Shown one piece after another: positions 1 through 14,315 of a stretch of 50,488 nt of DNA. The notes under the pieces were generated by a model that saw only the letters and a program-made list of their open reading frames with translations, had not been told where the DNA came from and made no database searches. This stretch comes from Klebsormidium nitens (lineage: Eukaryota > Plantae > Klebsormidiophyceae). Numbering within the stretch: position 1 is the stretch's first letter; each line of letters begins with the position of its first letter. The DNA lies in contig DF237541.1 of NCBI GenBank assembly GCA_000708835.1, forward strand, positions 4,888 to 55,375. The letters run 5' to 3'. Made by a program: the position numbers and the translations under genes.

Positions 1-1
1 G

Positions 2-166
2 CTGTCGGAAAACGTGCGGCAGCTGGCGGCCGCGGCTGCGCGCGTAAATTGCTGGAGTGAACTTGGTACTAGTGAGGGCGGAGTATTCAGCAGAGCCAAC
101 GCAAACGTCTTTGATGAGCTCAGCGGCACTCCTGAGGCTGCAGTCAACCCAACAGCTCTGCAATAA
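2..166 (+). CDS. Possible 3' end of an upstream gene running in from outside the window
   Basis: An open frame from the window edge, LSENVRQLAAAAARVNCWSELGTSEGGVFSRANANVFDELSGTPEAAVNPTALQ*, with stop at 164-166. No homology recognised. Confidence 0.25.
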   Translation: MSENVRQLAAAAARVNCWSELGTSEGGVFSRANANVFDELSGTPEAAVNPTALQ

Positions 167-3100
167 GATGATAAGCTAGCGATTGGGAAACAAGTACTAC
201 AGGCGAGGTGCCCCTAGCTTGCCTCAGCCTTTAAGCCTTCAGGCTCCTCGAAGCAAAAGGCATGAACCACGAGCGAACTTACGTCGTTCGTCATGATGCA
301 AACAAACTCACTTTTCGTGTGGCTCAGGCTCTGGCAGAGCCCTTGAGAAGGGACTCGCCGTTTGCTGCGACCTTTACAGCCAGGTATGCTGCATCAAGCC
401 GGAGACCCTTTGTCCATCCGTCAACCTGCCTTCTCTGCTGGTCACCTTCGTTATCCACAGGCTGTGGAAAAGTCGCCAGTGAGGGGCATGAAATTTGTAC
501 ATGGTTACAAAAACCCGTGCTTTGTCTGGAAGATTCGTGGTAAACAATGTTGCTTGAATGTTTTGGAACATTGAAACATGTCGACGGGGTATCTTGGAGC
601 AACTTCTTTTGTTTCCACTGGTTGAAGAGGTGCGGCCAATGTATTGGACCGGAGACCCGCGACTAGATGATCTTGAGCCTCCACTGCAGCTCGCTCACCT
701 GAGTGTCCGTGACACGAATGGCGGTCAGGTTATTGGAGACTGATCTCCCCTATCTAGTAGGGTAGTGAGCATTCCTGCTTTGACATGAACTTTGCATGCA
801 ACACGCGTCAAAGTTTTCAGCATTCGCTTTGTTTGCCAGCTGTTTTCAGATCTGCAAGCGTTGAATGATTTGTCAGCAATCAAACGAAAGGGTTTTCCGG
901 ACGGGTTGCCCTCCTAGGTGACTCAAGATCTGCGGTGGAAGGCAGCGAAGTTGAATGGGGACCTCATGCTCTTTGAAAACGGCAGTCAACTCTCATTTGG
1001 TGTGAATGCGAGAGCTCAGTGGAAGTGTACGCGTATGTGGATCGGGGTCTCACAATCGCGCCGCCCCTGAAGTGGACCAAGCACATAAGTAGTGCATCTG
1101 CTGGTAAGAATTGGATATTTGCGTGTGGACTCGCATGAAGCAACGGACTATGTCCTCAATTTGGAGATCTAAGTAGCAAGGGATTTAACAAGACACTTTC
1201 GTCAAATGTGATAGAAGATTTTTGCGCACAAAGTTGTGAAGATCGAGAAGCTGAGATTGGTTGGAGTATCAGGTGCCTGGCGATGACGGAGTCGGCCGCC
1301 TTGAGATGCGGTTTCACCTTTCAGACTCTGGAAGGACGAGGACGAGAATTACGGAAGCACAAGGTAAGGGCGTCCGTTTACTGTCAAAGCTGTGTCAGGT
1401 AAAGGAGGGGAAGGTGTCCTAGGGCAACTCATCTTGAGTTGCCGTCTTCATTGAGTTCCTCAGTGTGACTGTTCAGCAACAGTAGCAACCTGGACAAAAA
1501 GAGGACATGATATGATAAGGACCATCAGTAAGACTGAGCTTTGTCGCGGCGTACTTGCATGTGCATGAACAATGGATTGTGTAATCTATGTCAGGATTTA
1601 ATGCTGACGATCAGATTACTGTCCGCGTGTGTCCAGGATGGAGGCGGAAAGTCTGGAAAGCACGCTCTTTGCACAGCTGAGACTGCCTAGGTACCTTGAC
1701 ATCGTCACGCGCATTCGTACATATCTTTTGGTTAGTATAGCTATAAGAAAGCGAGATTGGTGCTATTTGTAAGCCTTGATAGACACCAACGTCGTCAACT
1801 GTGCGTACTGCTGCCCTATTGTCAAGTTCGTGGTAGCAGTCTGATGTTTCATAAAAAATTCTCTTCATTCTCCTGGTATTTGGACTTGTGCAGGATTTCA
1901 ACGGTGCATCAATGGATCCTGTGATGGCTAGTGTCTCTGCCCCGGACTCGGGTTGGCAAGCACTGGGCTGTGGAACCAAAGCGCTTTGTCATAAGCACTA
2001 GCGACCAGACGGTTCAGGACTGTCGAAAGAAGTGGAGAAAGTACGCACTGCAAGGATTCTTCTGACGGACTTGACGTGTTTGACCGTCTACTATTTTCCA
2101 TCTTATACTGCTTGTCGACATATGATCCTGTAAGCATCTCAAGTTGGTGTCCGATCGGACACCATGGGTTCTGAGGGAATCTTTGCAATCTTTGCCATTG
2201 TTTAGTCAGAAAGTGCAGCTAGTGTGCTTCGGTCCAGTAGCTCTGCTGATCAGGATCGTGAGCTGTGGCGTTTAGGATGGCAGATTGCGCGATCGTCAAA
2301 GAGTTGCTTGTCGCTGCTAGAAGAATGTTGTTAACGAGAAGGTGGCTCGCAGGAGCCTGCAGCGGCGGGGCCCGGCGCCCCATCAATTGCAAGTACGTTT
2401 GAGAAACGCGTTATGACGGCTCACAGCATTATGTACGAGAGCGCACGACACTCACATGCAGAAAAGCCAGAGCTTATGCATGTTAAATTTGATTGGACTG
2501 AATAACGGTGCTTGTGACAAAGAAGTTGCGTGTGACGATCCCTGATGGCACAACTCTGGGTGTGCATCTTTGAAGATTGAGGGGTAGGAAGCTCAGTAGT
2601 TGGTTGTGGTTAGAGCCTCAACGCACTCGTTTTAGTAGTTTGCCTGAGGGCCACCGATAGAAGGTCAGACATTGAAGAAGAATAGTGATGACATTACATA
2701 CATTCAAATTATGTATGCCATGAGAAGCCTATGGCCCAGGTGGCTACGGCGTGTGAAAGAGAACATCATAGCATGCTACACGGCCCTACATGCTTGTAGA
2801 TCCGCGGCGCTGGGCCCAGCGCAGCATGACAGCAGTGCAAGTGCCGGGCCCGGCAAGACGTTGGTGTGAAGACTGTGTGCTGACCTTCTGCTGATCATGT
2901 ATGCTCGTGTGCCAGTACAGCTCTAATATAGAAAGACGGCTTATGGACGTGCGCATATATTCCAGTTCATTGCAAGCGGCAAAGCACATACACAGGGATA
3001 CCAGTTGAGAGCAACTTTGATACCTGGCTTATCGTCCATCAGGACCATGCGCCATGATCGGACCGAACTGATCAAGCACAAATGTAATCAAATAATAATT

Positions 3101-3222
3101 GGTTGCTGGTCGTGTTGAAACCCTGGGAACAGACCCTCTGTACAGAACAACAATCCATATGCTGCAACGCTAAAAGACTAACTTCGACCGCATAACGAGA
3201 CTCGTAAAACTTTCCCACCGAC

Positions 3223-6200
3223 CTAGAAGTAGTCCGCGAGATTCTCTCCGCTTAGCTCCTCCAGCTTCTTGACCAGCCCTTGACTCTTCGCCACGACCGT
3301 CAGATCCGTTTCCTCCAACAGTTCCGCCAAGAACGGAATCGTTTCCGGCAGCAGAACTAGGTACTCCTCCCGCAACCGATCCACCAGGAACTCCACCACC
3401 GCAAGTGCCAGCATCTTCGGCCGCGAGTTTTCGCCCTCGCCCCTAGTTGCCATGAGCACGTCCCGATTGAGCGGCCGCCACATGGCGTCGCTCCGGGCCG
3501 CTAGAGCCATGTACCCCAACGCACTGACCAGAGTCTCGTCGCCGGAACTTCTAGAGGTTTCATCGTCCACGCCCTCGGGAATGTCCACTCTGAGTTGCGC
3601 AACCAGGGGGGGTAGAAGTTGCTGGAAACGGCCCGGCTCTAAGAAGCCCACCGTATCGTACTGGAAGCACTTCTGCAGCGCTGACGTCACCAGCCGCCGC
3701 AGCTCCCACTGCGCGGGCGTCAGCGCCGAGCTTTCCGATCCCTCCGCCGCCACCTTGGCGCTCTTCTTCTTCTTCTTCTTCGGCCGGAACCCGACGTTCT
3801 CCTCGCCCCCCCCCTCGCCCTCCTGCCCGGCAGATCCCCCCAGATGCGTGATGACGCCCTCCATTAGGTACTTGAAATAAGGGACGAATACCGACCGGAG
3901 TTTCTCCGCGAGCGCCCCGACCAGTCCGTACAGGAACGTATTCCTCGCTAGGCTTCCCTTTGACGTCATCACGTCCGACTCCGCCCCCTCGTCCGCCGGA
4001 AGGAAATCCGTTTCCGCCCACTCGAGCGTCTTCAAGAACAGCGGCTTGAACGTATTCTCACTCAGCTTCACCACCAGCGCAACGAAGGCGCGAATAATCG
4101 CCGGCTCCACCGATGTCCCGACCGCCACACCCGGGGGCGGTTTCCGCCGCAGATCAAACGCCCGGAGCAGAAACTCAAACACCGTTCTGTGGTGCGCCGC
4201 GACCCCCGCTTTGTCCAACTTGCTGGCAAGCGCAGCAACTAGATCGAAGAGGCTCGCGAGGGCCCGTTCCGATTCCGCCCCCAGCGCGAGGGCCCTGTCG
4301 TAGGCCCGGATCACCGGATCCAGCAGCAGCCGCGGGGGCACCTTCTCCGGCAACAGGGCCCGCACCGCGGCCGCGCGCTCGGCCGCCGCTGACGTCAGCA
4401 CGGCCGGCTGCAGAAGCACCAAGTCTAGAATCTGTCCGAGGTACGGGCTGAGGAACGCCCCCAGGTTTGACACCAACTTTTCGACCGCCGCGATGCAGAC
4501 CGTCAGAAGCTCCAGCCGTTCTTCCGGCACGGTATCCCCGTTCTCGGCGACCAGCTGCCTTTGCGCGCAACCCAGGACGGTCGCCAGGACACGTGGCAGC
4601 TGGGGGAGCGCCCGCGGCCCGAGGGAGGCGCAGATCGTCGCGGCGCAACGAATCGCCGCGGCCGCGACCGCGGGGTTTACGGAACCCTCCGCCGGAACCA
4701 CCTTGGCTTTCTTCGGGGTTTTGGGCGCTTTCGGCGGCTCCGCGTTTGCGAGAACGGCGTCGATGGCCGCGCCGAGGGTTTCGGAGGCTTGGGGGCCGAA
4801 GCGCGCGGCGATCGCCTCGAGGGCGGCGAGCGCGGCTTGCTTGGTGCTGGGGGAGGGGTCTTCGGACGGTCCGGATAGAAGAGATGCAATCTCGGACGCT
4901 AGGGTCGCGTACTGGGCGACGGTTTGGGGATTGTCGGCGGGAGCAACGGGGGAGTGGTCCTTGACTTCGGTGGAGAGGAGCTTGAGGACGCGCCGGCGGA
5001 CGTGGCGGTCCTGTAACAGGAAAAAGTATGTTTCGGACTCGAAACCTAACCTTTCTTTAAAGTCGATGATTGGGCTGTGAGCTTCAAGGAGCACGGCTGA
5101 CACTTGGATCACGAACACCACTAAAGCGCCTCTTCTGGAAGCTTTAAGAATGGAAGTCCTGAAATTGTAATCGGCACAAGGAGTTGGTCCTACAAGGGTT
5201 GGGTCGAGCAGCCGGTCACCTTGCAACTTCACAAAATGCAATTCCCTCAATACTGCCTCTCGTACCAGCATCACTCCACATTCCAATTCAAAGTATCGGT
5301 CGAAAGCCGAGCTCGAAACCCAGAGAAGCCCAGCTCTTCCTCGTTGCCTTAAGTTTGCTCAACCATAGTCGCTTAAAACGTATGCCCTTGTCAAGGAGAG
5401 GCCCTGTTTTACCTCATGGTGCAGCAGCCCAGAAATGCCACTGAGGTACGCTGCGGGGTCCATTAGCGAATACAGGGCCTCCAGCAGTTGGTAGGCCGCC
5501 TCCGTGTTGGCCTTCTTGCCCTTCGATGTGGAGCCGTCGGCGTCGGCGATCGGCCGCAAACGGAGGAGCACCTGCGCAGGTAGAAGAAGTCGTTTCGTTT
5601 CTTGGAGCCCGACCAAGCTTTTGAAAACCAGTGACCCTTCGGAACAAACGGACAAACTTTGGCGAATCGTTGAGAGTAAGAGACGACTTGCAGTCAAGCC
5701 TGGCCTACTAGGATACTCCGTTCGCTACTTCTGGAAGCTGAGAATCAATCAGGGGATAAAAAGCAGACTTCTGCTGTATACATTGTCCAAGGCTAGCTTC
5801 TAGCATGTACTCGGCCAACGATCGCACTTGGCAGTTGCACCTTTTTGTGCAACTACTTTATTTCCAGATTTCGAAAGATTTCAGGTTTCACCGAGAGAAT
5901 TGGTTATTTTCGAACATTTCGCATTAGGTTTGCCTTCTCTCTACACTGTTCCTCAGCATGCGCATCCGTCCACCTACGTTCATGACCGTCATACGTTCGG
6001 TAAAATCTGCCCCGACGACCACTGACCACGAAGGCTTCCAAAACAACATGATCCAGTTTACATGCTACCGGCAGAGTGCATTCCGTACCTGCTCCATGAG
6101 AGACACGTAGCCCTCCTGGACCCTTTTCTCTTCCTCTTCAGTCCCCGCCGCTTCCCGTAACCCCGTGAACGCCCTCTGGCCCAGTTGAGATATCACAAAC

Positions 6201-9200
6201 GCCGTCGCAGCTCGCGACAGCTTCCGATCGGCCGCCGAGGGCGCATCGCTTATGGCAGTCGCCTCCAGGAGCTTATGATAAGCGGCCAGCCGCACGGACG
6301 GGAGGTGCTGGCTGGCGAGCGCGTCCGCGAGTCGGACGAGCCAGTCGTCGGGAGCGTCCGAAACGAGGACGCTCCGAGGGGAGCCGGCTGGGGGGGAAAA
6401 AAGACAAAGAACTTTGAGCGTCCGAAAAGTGACCGGTTCACTATCGGATCCAGAGGGGGCGATGATGGTCGTCTTTGACGTGACGAGGGGTTACGATCGA
6501 ACGGACCAGCCAATCGGTTAAAAGGAGGCGCTCCAAAGGAAGCTGGCTGAAAGTAGTGAAAAGAGGAACTTGGATTCTCAAGCATCACTGTGTCATTATC
6601 AGACGTTGACAAAGGGTAACTGGAAACGGCACACCCGCCGTTGGAACCGTTCTCATCACGTCTCAACCAGGTAGCTTAGCAGCGAGACTACTGAAGGAAA
6701 CGAGAAATATAAGGAACAGTACTGACGGACGATCAACATAGATAAAACCGACAATACGGAGAAGTACGAAACTTGGCCCCTCACCCTCGTCGTGGGGCGT
6801 TTCCCCGACCCCCTCCACCTGCGCCCGGATCAGCAACAGCAGCGCCCGGGGGATCCCCCGGTCAATCCCAACCGACCGCAGTAACCCCTCCAGCAAACCC
6901 ATCCTTCGGTGCGCAGGGACTTTAGGGAGGGCGACAATGAACACCTCGAGCAGCTGGTCAAGGTCGCCGGACTGGGCGGCCCAGGCTGGGACAACTGCCG
7001 AGAGCATTTGTTGGACCACCCGGTGGGACGCGCTATCGTCGAGCGCGAGCGAAGACGAGCCGACGATTGTGGCGACTTCGAGGAGACGGTGTAAGACCTG
7101 CGGGGAGAGCAAACATTTCGGTACGCGTGCAGATTGTGATAATCTTGCGACTAGACGGTTTTTCGACATGCCGCAAAGTAAGGAGGCAATCTGGCCTTGT
7201 GCTCGGCCCAATCCTGCAGCCCATGTAAGGAAAGAATACGGGTGCACCGAAGTGCCATGTGGTTCAGTCCACGAGAGTGAAGGACCTAAGGTTTGGACCT
7301 TGAACCCCAGGGGCTGCTCAGAAAGCACTTCAAGCATTCTGCGCTTTTTGGGCAATCTTGCAAAGCGAATCGACCAAGATGGTTTGCTGGAACTCTGTAC
7401 TGTGCTGCTATGGTCAAAAAGGCATCCGAACCCCCCTTACGACAGATTAGATCCATCGACAAGTCATGAACCATCTTCGTTATCCTCGAACATTCAGGAT
7501 TATTTTAAGACAGGACACAGAGGAGAGTGGCTTCGAGAACGGTGTGCCAATGAGCAAAGCTCAAAAGGTAAATTCGTCATTGCCACCAAACTGCATGCGA
7601 CGTCGAATAAATTGCGTTCGTCTATTGGAGCACTCTAACATCGCTTCGAAAGTAGAGGGACGTCTTGACAATTAGAAAGTAGAAGCAAGCAGGATGAACA
7701 GGGACATTCAAGCAAGGCCTCGAGAGCAAGAGGCAATGTGCGTCCTATACAAGGACGCCCCGGATCTCAATTATCTAGGTGGACAAGCCATGAAACTTCA
7801 GGACCAAACGAGATATCTCCATTTGTTAGCTTTATTGGGTACGCTGAGTAACAAAGTGGGGCCGTTCAGAGCAGGACAAACGAGGGTGCAACTAAAGAAC
7901 TTCCCACCAGTGGTTCGAAGGATTCCCTTAAAGATATTGGTGATGAGGAAAGAAAGGGTGCAGCCTCGTCTGATCAAGGTTTCGCAAAAATTTTGTGACG
8001 AGAAAGAGCATGCCGAGGCCTCAGGTAAAAGGTTGTCATTACTGCGGCTAAGCCGCTCAGCCATATGCTTGTATTACAACATCATCGGCCTCGGCATGCT
8101 AGAGCTTCAAGCCAGAGCGCTTTCTTCTTGCAGCTGGAAATAAACGCAGGAGCCGAAGAATGAAACGAACAAAGAGCAGAACGTGGAAGATCAATGCTTG
8201 TCGTTACCATTTAATGAGCTAGGGGGAGCACGTTGCCGTCAAGGGGCGTCTCAAAATACACAAAATGCTGAAGAACCGGACAGAGCAGGGTATCCAGTAA
8301 GCCTGAACCTCGCCTGAAGGGATCCATACTCTTCTGTCAAAACTAAGTGAGGAACAAAGTTTCTTGTAGCGGAAAAGGCTGTGAATGAGAGACACCCAAA
8401 ACATAGCAGAATCCTAGTAATATCGTTTGAATCAGCAAAAGCTTGACTGCTCACCTCCTCCGGCAGGACCCTGGCCAGCGCGGCCAGCAGCGCCAGCGCA
8501 TGGTTCCTCGTCGGTGCGTCGGGCGCCTCCCTCACGCACCGCACCACTAGATCCACGTCAAACGGCCCTTCCCCGTTCTTCTTCCCCCCCCGCGTCTTCC
8601 GCCCAGTATCTCCCCCCTCTTTCTGCGCCGCAATCCTTTCCAGACTCGCCAGCGTAAGTTGCATCGCATAAACTGCTCTTGGGGGGGGCATCGCCGGCCC
8701 CTTTGGCACACCCCCCTCCTCGACGGCTTCTCCGAGGGATCCCCCCGGGGGCCAGCTCCGGTCCGCCAGCCCCCGCAGAAGCGCGGACAACTGCTGGGCT
8801 AGGGCGTCCGCATGGAGTCCACTCCCGTTCAGACCGTCCGAAAGCTCCTTCCACTGCAACAGCTCCAGCAGAGCGGTCCCCAGCTCGAGACTGCCCGCAA
8901 GAAGCCTCTGCGCAGGGGGGGCAGTTTCTGCACCTTGCTTCCCCCCCCCGGCCCGCTTCTTCTTCTTCGCCGGCGTGGCGGCGACCGCAGCGCCGTTAGG
9001 GTCCTCCATCAGGAGCGCCAGGAGGCGACACGTGGCAGCCGCCGATAGGTCGACGCTTTCCAGCGAGCGGCGGACCGAGGTGCGCAGCGCCTCCGTGCTG
9101 GCCGCTGACATCAGCGCAAGGAGGACAGCTGTCAGCCAGTCCTGCAACGGGGCGTTCAGAGCTCCGAAGAACGCCCGGTCGACTCGCTCGGCTGCCGCGA

Positions 9201-12200
9201 TCGCAACCGCATCTGAGAACGTCCGCAACTTTTCGGATCCTGCCAAGCCAGTTTGAAGGGCAAGAACCAACGGTTCCAGGGACGGTTGGTTTTCCCCCTC
9301 CTGCCCCAGGCGGCCCGCCAGCTCCGGTGTGAATAAGCTAATGAGCTCCACCAGGAGAGCCGTGTCATCCGACTCCCCCCCTGAGACACCCGTATTTACA
9401 CCACCTCCTAGAAGCGAGAACATCAGCGGCTGAAGTTGCCCAACGACTTGCGCCTGCTCGTCGGCCCGGCTGCTCACGAAGGCCGGCCGCAGGGCCCCCA
9501 GGAGGACCGCCCGCTGGTGGCTGGTGTCAAGCGTCCCTACCAGGGCGCCAGCCAGGAACTTTGACACCGCCCACTTCCACCCCACCCCGAAGATGCTTCG
9601 CAGCGCGCTGAGCTCGCCCGCGACCGAAACGCCGTCGTCCGGATCCCGAAACCCGAGCAACTCCGACAAGAACGGCTTTAGGTGACCCCCGTCGCTTCTG
9701 AAGTGCTGCCGCTCGCTCCAGGCCGCCTCCAGGACCTTCCTCACCGCGCTGACGTCAGCGACGTCGGAGTCGTCCTCCATGACGTCATCGCCGTCCGCAC
9801 CCAGTCCCGCGGTCCGGCTCCAGAGCGCACGGACGGCCCGGAGCGCCGCTCTCCGGACGCCCTTCCCAGGGCTCGCCAGGGCGACCAGCAGCTTCGGCGC
9901 GAGTGTGAATACGTTCTCGGGACTGAGCTCTCCGTTTTGGACGACGTTTGTGAGCAGCTCTAAGCTCTGCTCCTGGACCGCTGCCCCCGAACCCACCCCT
10001 GTGCCAAGCACTATCTTGGGCAAAAACCGCTCCCCTAACCACTGGGTTTGCTCGGTTAACCCCGCCCCCGCCGCTCGCTCCAAGATGCGTTTCAGCGCTG
10101 GCATGACCTCCTTTTCGAGAAGCTTCGGCCCTGACGCCAGCAACGTAAAAAGCAGGCCCAGCCTTTCATCCTCTACCAAACCCACGGCCCGCTCATAAGC
10201 GCCCAGGAGTACGGTTAGCGACGCCCGCTCTGGGCTAACCCTAACCGCCTTGAACCACGCCGCGCCATTCTCGCCTTTTCGGACCCAGTCTGCGGCTCCT
10301 TCTGGAAGCGGGTCTTCCTCCGGGTTACCTAAAGCTGCCGCCCTAACCCACTCCGACTCCAGCACCGGCAGCACTGCCTTCAGTATACCCTCAGCCTTGA
10401 CCAGAACTTTAACCCCTCTGAGCGTCGCCAAGACCCGGAGCAGAATCATCAGGACGAGGGGCCGAGAGCGGGGCGCTGAGGTCAGCGCTGACCTCAGCAA
10501 AGAGATCCCCTCACTGGGGTTTGTTGACAAACCCTCTGCAAGCACTGACAAAAGCGCGTCGTTCAGCTCGGCGTCCCCTGCAGCTTTGGTCTGCTTATCT
10601 CCCCCCTCCTCGTCAAATTTCTTCGTCAGCTCCGCTAACCCCGCAGGAAACCCAGCAATCTTAGCTGCCTGGGCAATGGCCTCCCGATTAACCTTCCTGG
10701 TTTTGGGCTTGACCAGCATGTGACCCAAAAACAGCGTCCCCACTAGCTCGGCCATCTCAGGGTGGGCGCCCAGGAAATCGCCTGCCAGGACCCTCAAAGC
10801 ATTCCTTGCTACAGCTGTCGCGGCCTTACTATCCCCAGGAACTTCTAGGCTTCCTTCCAAGGCAGCGACTGAAGCTGTGAGTGCGCCTGACAGGGCCTCG
10901 AACAGGGGTTCCCGTGCGGTTAGCGTAACTAGCGAGGGGAGGTTCAGGGCCGTTTTGACGACTTCGGGATCGTCGTCTCGCAGGCGGCGGAGAACGGCGG
11001 CACCCAAGAACTGCTGCAGCTGCTGGTTGCCTGCAGTAAAGATACCAGAAGAATGGGTGATTTTTCCACAAGGACATGCTTATGTGCGATTTTGACTCGG
11101 GATTGAGTGGAAAATAGCGCATGTGGGCAATCAATGGAAGGAACTTGCAAGTGCCTCTGGCGCATAACAGTAAGGCAACATCAGGGATGACTCTTTTAAC
11201 AATCCCCACGAAGGGCCCTTCTAAGGTCCCCCGTTACCGATAATATTTGACACATGTTCAACCAAGCAAGTAGGGCCAAGAAAAGCAACAGCTTTCGATG
11301 CACGTTGATGAACAACCAAAACTCATCAGCCCAAAAAGCGGGCCATGCAATTGCATTCCAACTTGCCCCGCTTTGTCGACGAGACATGTTTTCCAAGAAA
11401 GCCAACTTTCAGAAGTATATGTTGCCTTAAGACTGACCATTCTGATTGCCAGACTTACCTTCGCCTTTGGACTTCTTTGCCAATGCCCCCAGCCTCTGTA
11501 GTGCCAGTCTCCTGACCTCGGCTTGCGGGTGATCCACCGACAGGTACAAGCTCGCCCCCGACTCCGCCAGAGGCGCATGGAGCCCCCCACCGAACGTCCC
11601 TTGCATGAAGTCGAAAAGTGCGTTCGCGCCCCCCTTGCCTTCATCCGACTCGTCTTCATCCGCACCTAGATCCCCCCGCTCGGCAGCCTCTTTCATGAGT
11701 GCGTTCACACTCGCGTCTAGTTCGACTGAGTAGCGCTTGTCTAGAACTCTCAGCACCCGTCGAGCTACTGCCGCGCCGTCCGACGCCCCTGAGGTGTCCG
11801 ATCCGGCTACCCCGTCCGAATTTGCCGGACCGCCAAGCCCTGCCAGTGCCAGAAGGTTCCTCGTAAGCCCCTCGACCTCCCCCCCCACTGAAACCTTCTC
11901 CACAATCTCCACCAAAAGCGCCTCGTAGGTCTCATTTCCCGGAGCGCCCGAAACGAGCGCTCTCAGGAACGGCCTCAGGAACGGTGCCGCGTCAAAGCGC
12001 TGCGACAGCTCTCCAAGCGCGTCTGCGAGCCCGGGAAACTTGACGAGGGCTTTGAGGGCTTTCGGGGGAATGGCTGCGGGGCGCTGGGTTTGGAAAATCT
12101 GGATGATAACCATCAACGATTCGGATTGGAGGGAAGGGGGAGGGCTGCCGGCCAGGGACCGGAGGAGGGAGGAAAGCAGGCTCTTGGAGAGAGTGGCGCG

Positions 12201-14315
12201 GTTGGACAGCTGGGCAGCAATCATGAGGACACCCGCCTGTAAAGAAGGGCTTGATTGGTTGCATTGACCCTCATAGGAACTTTGATTAGAGACACAAGAA
12301 CTCAGTACTTTGGAGTAATCCCGCAAGGTGCAGAGCACCACCACTATGTTTTCAAAAGAACATTGAGGCAGGAGAAACCGATAGATCACCCCTCTCAGAA
12401 TGTGACAGTGGGTATCTACGCTGCCACCAATTGCAGAGAAAGCATAACCACTCTCCTCAGAGCTTTCAGAAACTAGATCCACAAAGAAGCCCAATGCTGC
12501 GGACAACTTAGCCCGATACTGACTACCTCGTGTTAAGCTTCCAGCTTCCACAGTCAAGACTTCTGCGCAGAGTGTGATTAGTGGTGGATCAGGAAGTGAC
12601 GCTACAAGGTTTTCCAAAACCCCGCACCTGATACTCCACCGCTGCGCCCTTCTTGAACCCGTCCAGCACGTACGGCAGAATCCTCTTCACAAGCTCGTCC
12701 GTAAACGACGCCACCGCCGCGAGCACCTCCATCACGATCACCGCCGAGAACGACAGCAGCGGCTTGGACGCATTTCGGGCGTCAGAAACTAGGCGTGCGG
12801 CATCTAGAACCGCGTCCAAAACCGCCAAGTTGCGGGAGCAGTGCAGGACAAGAGAGTCCCTGGGGAGCGGCGCGCCGTTCTGCTGGACGCGGCCAACCAG
12901 GAAGCGCCACCTGGCGGCGCGGGAGAGGTCGAGAAGCTGGACGAGGCGCACGAAGAGCTGCGTCTCGTGGTAGGGGAGGGCGGACAGCAGGACGGCCTCC
13001 ACATTGTACTGCTGGATCTGCAGGGGGGGTTTACGAAGAGGTTGAATGAGGTCACAGGTTTACGGAGGCTCAGAAAAATTTGGAACAAGTCTTCCTTGCA
13101 CGTTCAAGGGGTTCCCCACAATTCAAAATGGAGGGGCAACATTTTGGCTGCCGCGAGCATGGGGGGCAAGTCGAGTCTGTAACGACTTCAAACAATCGCA
13201 ACACCACCATGATTGAAATGGTGGTACTGGCTTCAATTGAAGCTGAAAGTCTGTAGAAGTGGTGGGGTTCGATAATGTTCCGAGGAATTGCAGACGAATT
13301 GCAAGCTCCATAATATGGCGCCTTAATGCGCAAGCTGCCGCTGAGTGGTGGTGAATGGTAATGGTCAAACCCTAATGGTAACGCTTCTGCTCCCTGGTTG
13401 GAAACCGAAGGCGCATCATTGCGCAGCCGCCTGAAAAAAGTGCGAGTCTGCTCTCCCGCATGCTGCAAAACGTCTCAACAAAGGCAACCAGAATCAATGG
13501 CGTAATGCTTCTATTTCCTTTTAAGGCTTCTTTAAAAGCCAGTGAAGCAATGGTGGTAATAAGTAGAAACTTTGCATATACAGTGACTCTCCACCAAGCT
13601 CAAGCACTGCAAAGTACCCGTGATCTTGGCTTCCATTTTGAATTCTGTGAGAGCAACTTTTGATACTCTTTCTCAATCTTTCTGAAAGATTCACATAACA
13701 AAAGCGGAGGGAATCGACGTACCATGTAACGCCGTATCAGGAACTCCAGCGCCTGATGGGCGGGTGGTAAGAGGAGATAGTTGGAAAGGAGCCTCAGGAA
13801 AGCTGTGACGGAAGCGTCCAGCTTCTCGTTGGCCTCCTTTGTCTGCATTTCACGGTCAAAGTCGGCGCCCACTTGGCTGAAAAGTGTCTCGGCGAAGGGC
13901 TCGAAGCGGGCGTCCATGTTGCACAGCTCATCGAAACCTGCACATAAAGCTCACACCAGTCAATATCTACAACTTCTGTTTATGTTTTGCACACAATGGA
14001 AACAAAGCGCGAAAGCGTATTCACTTTCCTAGAGTGTTCTTTTCCTGCCTTGCAATGCAGGCAATACCTTGCGATGTGCACCTCCTGACAGCAGACCAAT
14101 TGATAGACTGGGCAATGAGAAGGATGTAACGATGGAGCCGTAAAGTGCTGCCCACCTTGCTTCCCAATGCGATGGATTGTCTGGAGGTCGATGTTTGCCG
14201 CCTCCTGGGGGTCAAACAGCAGGGATGGCTTGCCCCTCGGCTGGGGCCGTATTGACGTACCCGTATGAGACAGGGCAATTGCCTGCAGCTGCGAAGCTAG
14301 CGCAGAGGCAGCCAT
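3223..14315 (-). CDS. UTP10: U3 snoRNA-associated protein 10 / HEAT repeat protein 1 (BAP28), 9 exons, about 2225 aa
   Basis: The N-terminus MAASALASQLQAIA...KPSLLFDPQEAANIDLQTI and the C-terminus YLVLLPETIPFLAELLEE...LEELSGENLADYF are family hallmarks recognised from memory. Exons in transcript order: 14315-14156, 13937-13723, 13017-12628, 12236-11459, 11030-8455, 7097-6785, 6387-6089, 5571-5413, 5010-3223. All introns are GT-AG, phases are consistent, and the total of 6678 nt is divisible by 3. Confidence 0.95.

Noticed and set aside
262-2989. Short ORFs upstream of the UTP10 3' end, including the overlapping pair 1611-1979 and 1928-2188
   Set aside because: No recognisable domain, no codon bias and no consistent splice chain. 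They could be a decayed transposon, but I cannot support that.
3452-5080. Many long plus-strand and alternate-frame ORFs overlapping the last UTP10 exon (also 8427-10723 and 12574-13182)
   Set aside because: Shadow ORFs expected from GC-rich coding DNA. The translations are low-complexity Arg/Pro/Ala sequence with no motifs.
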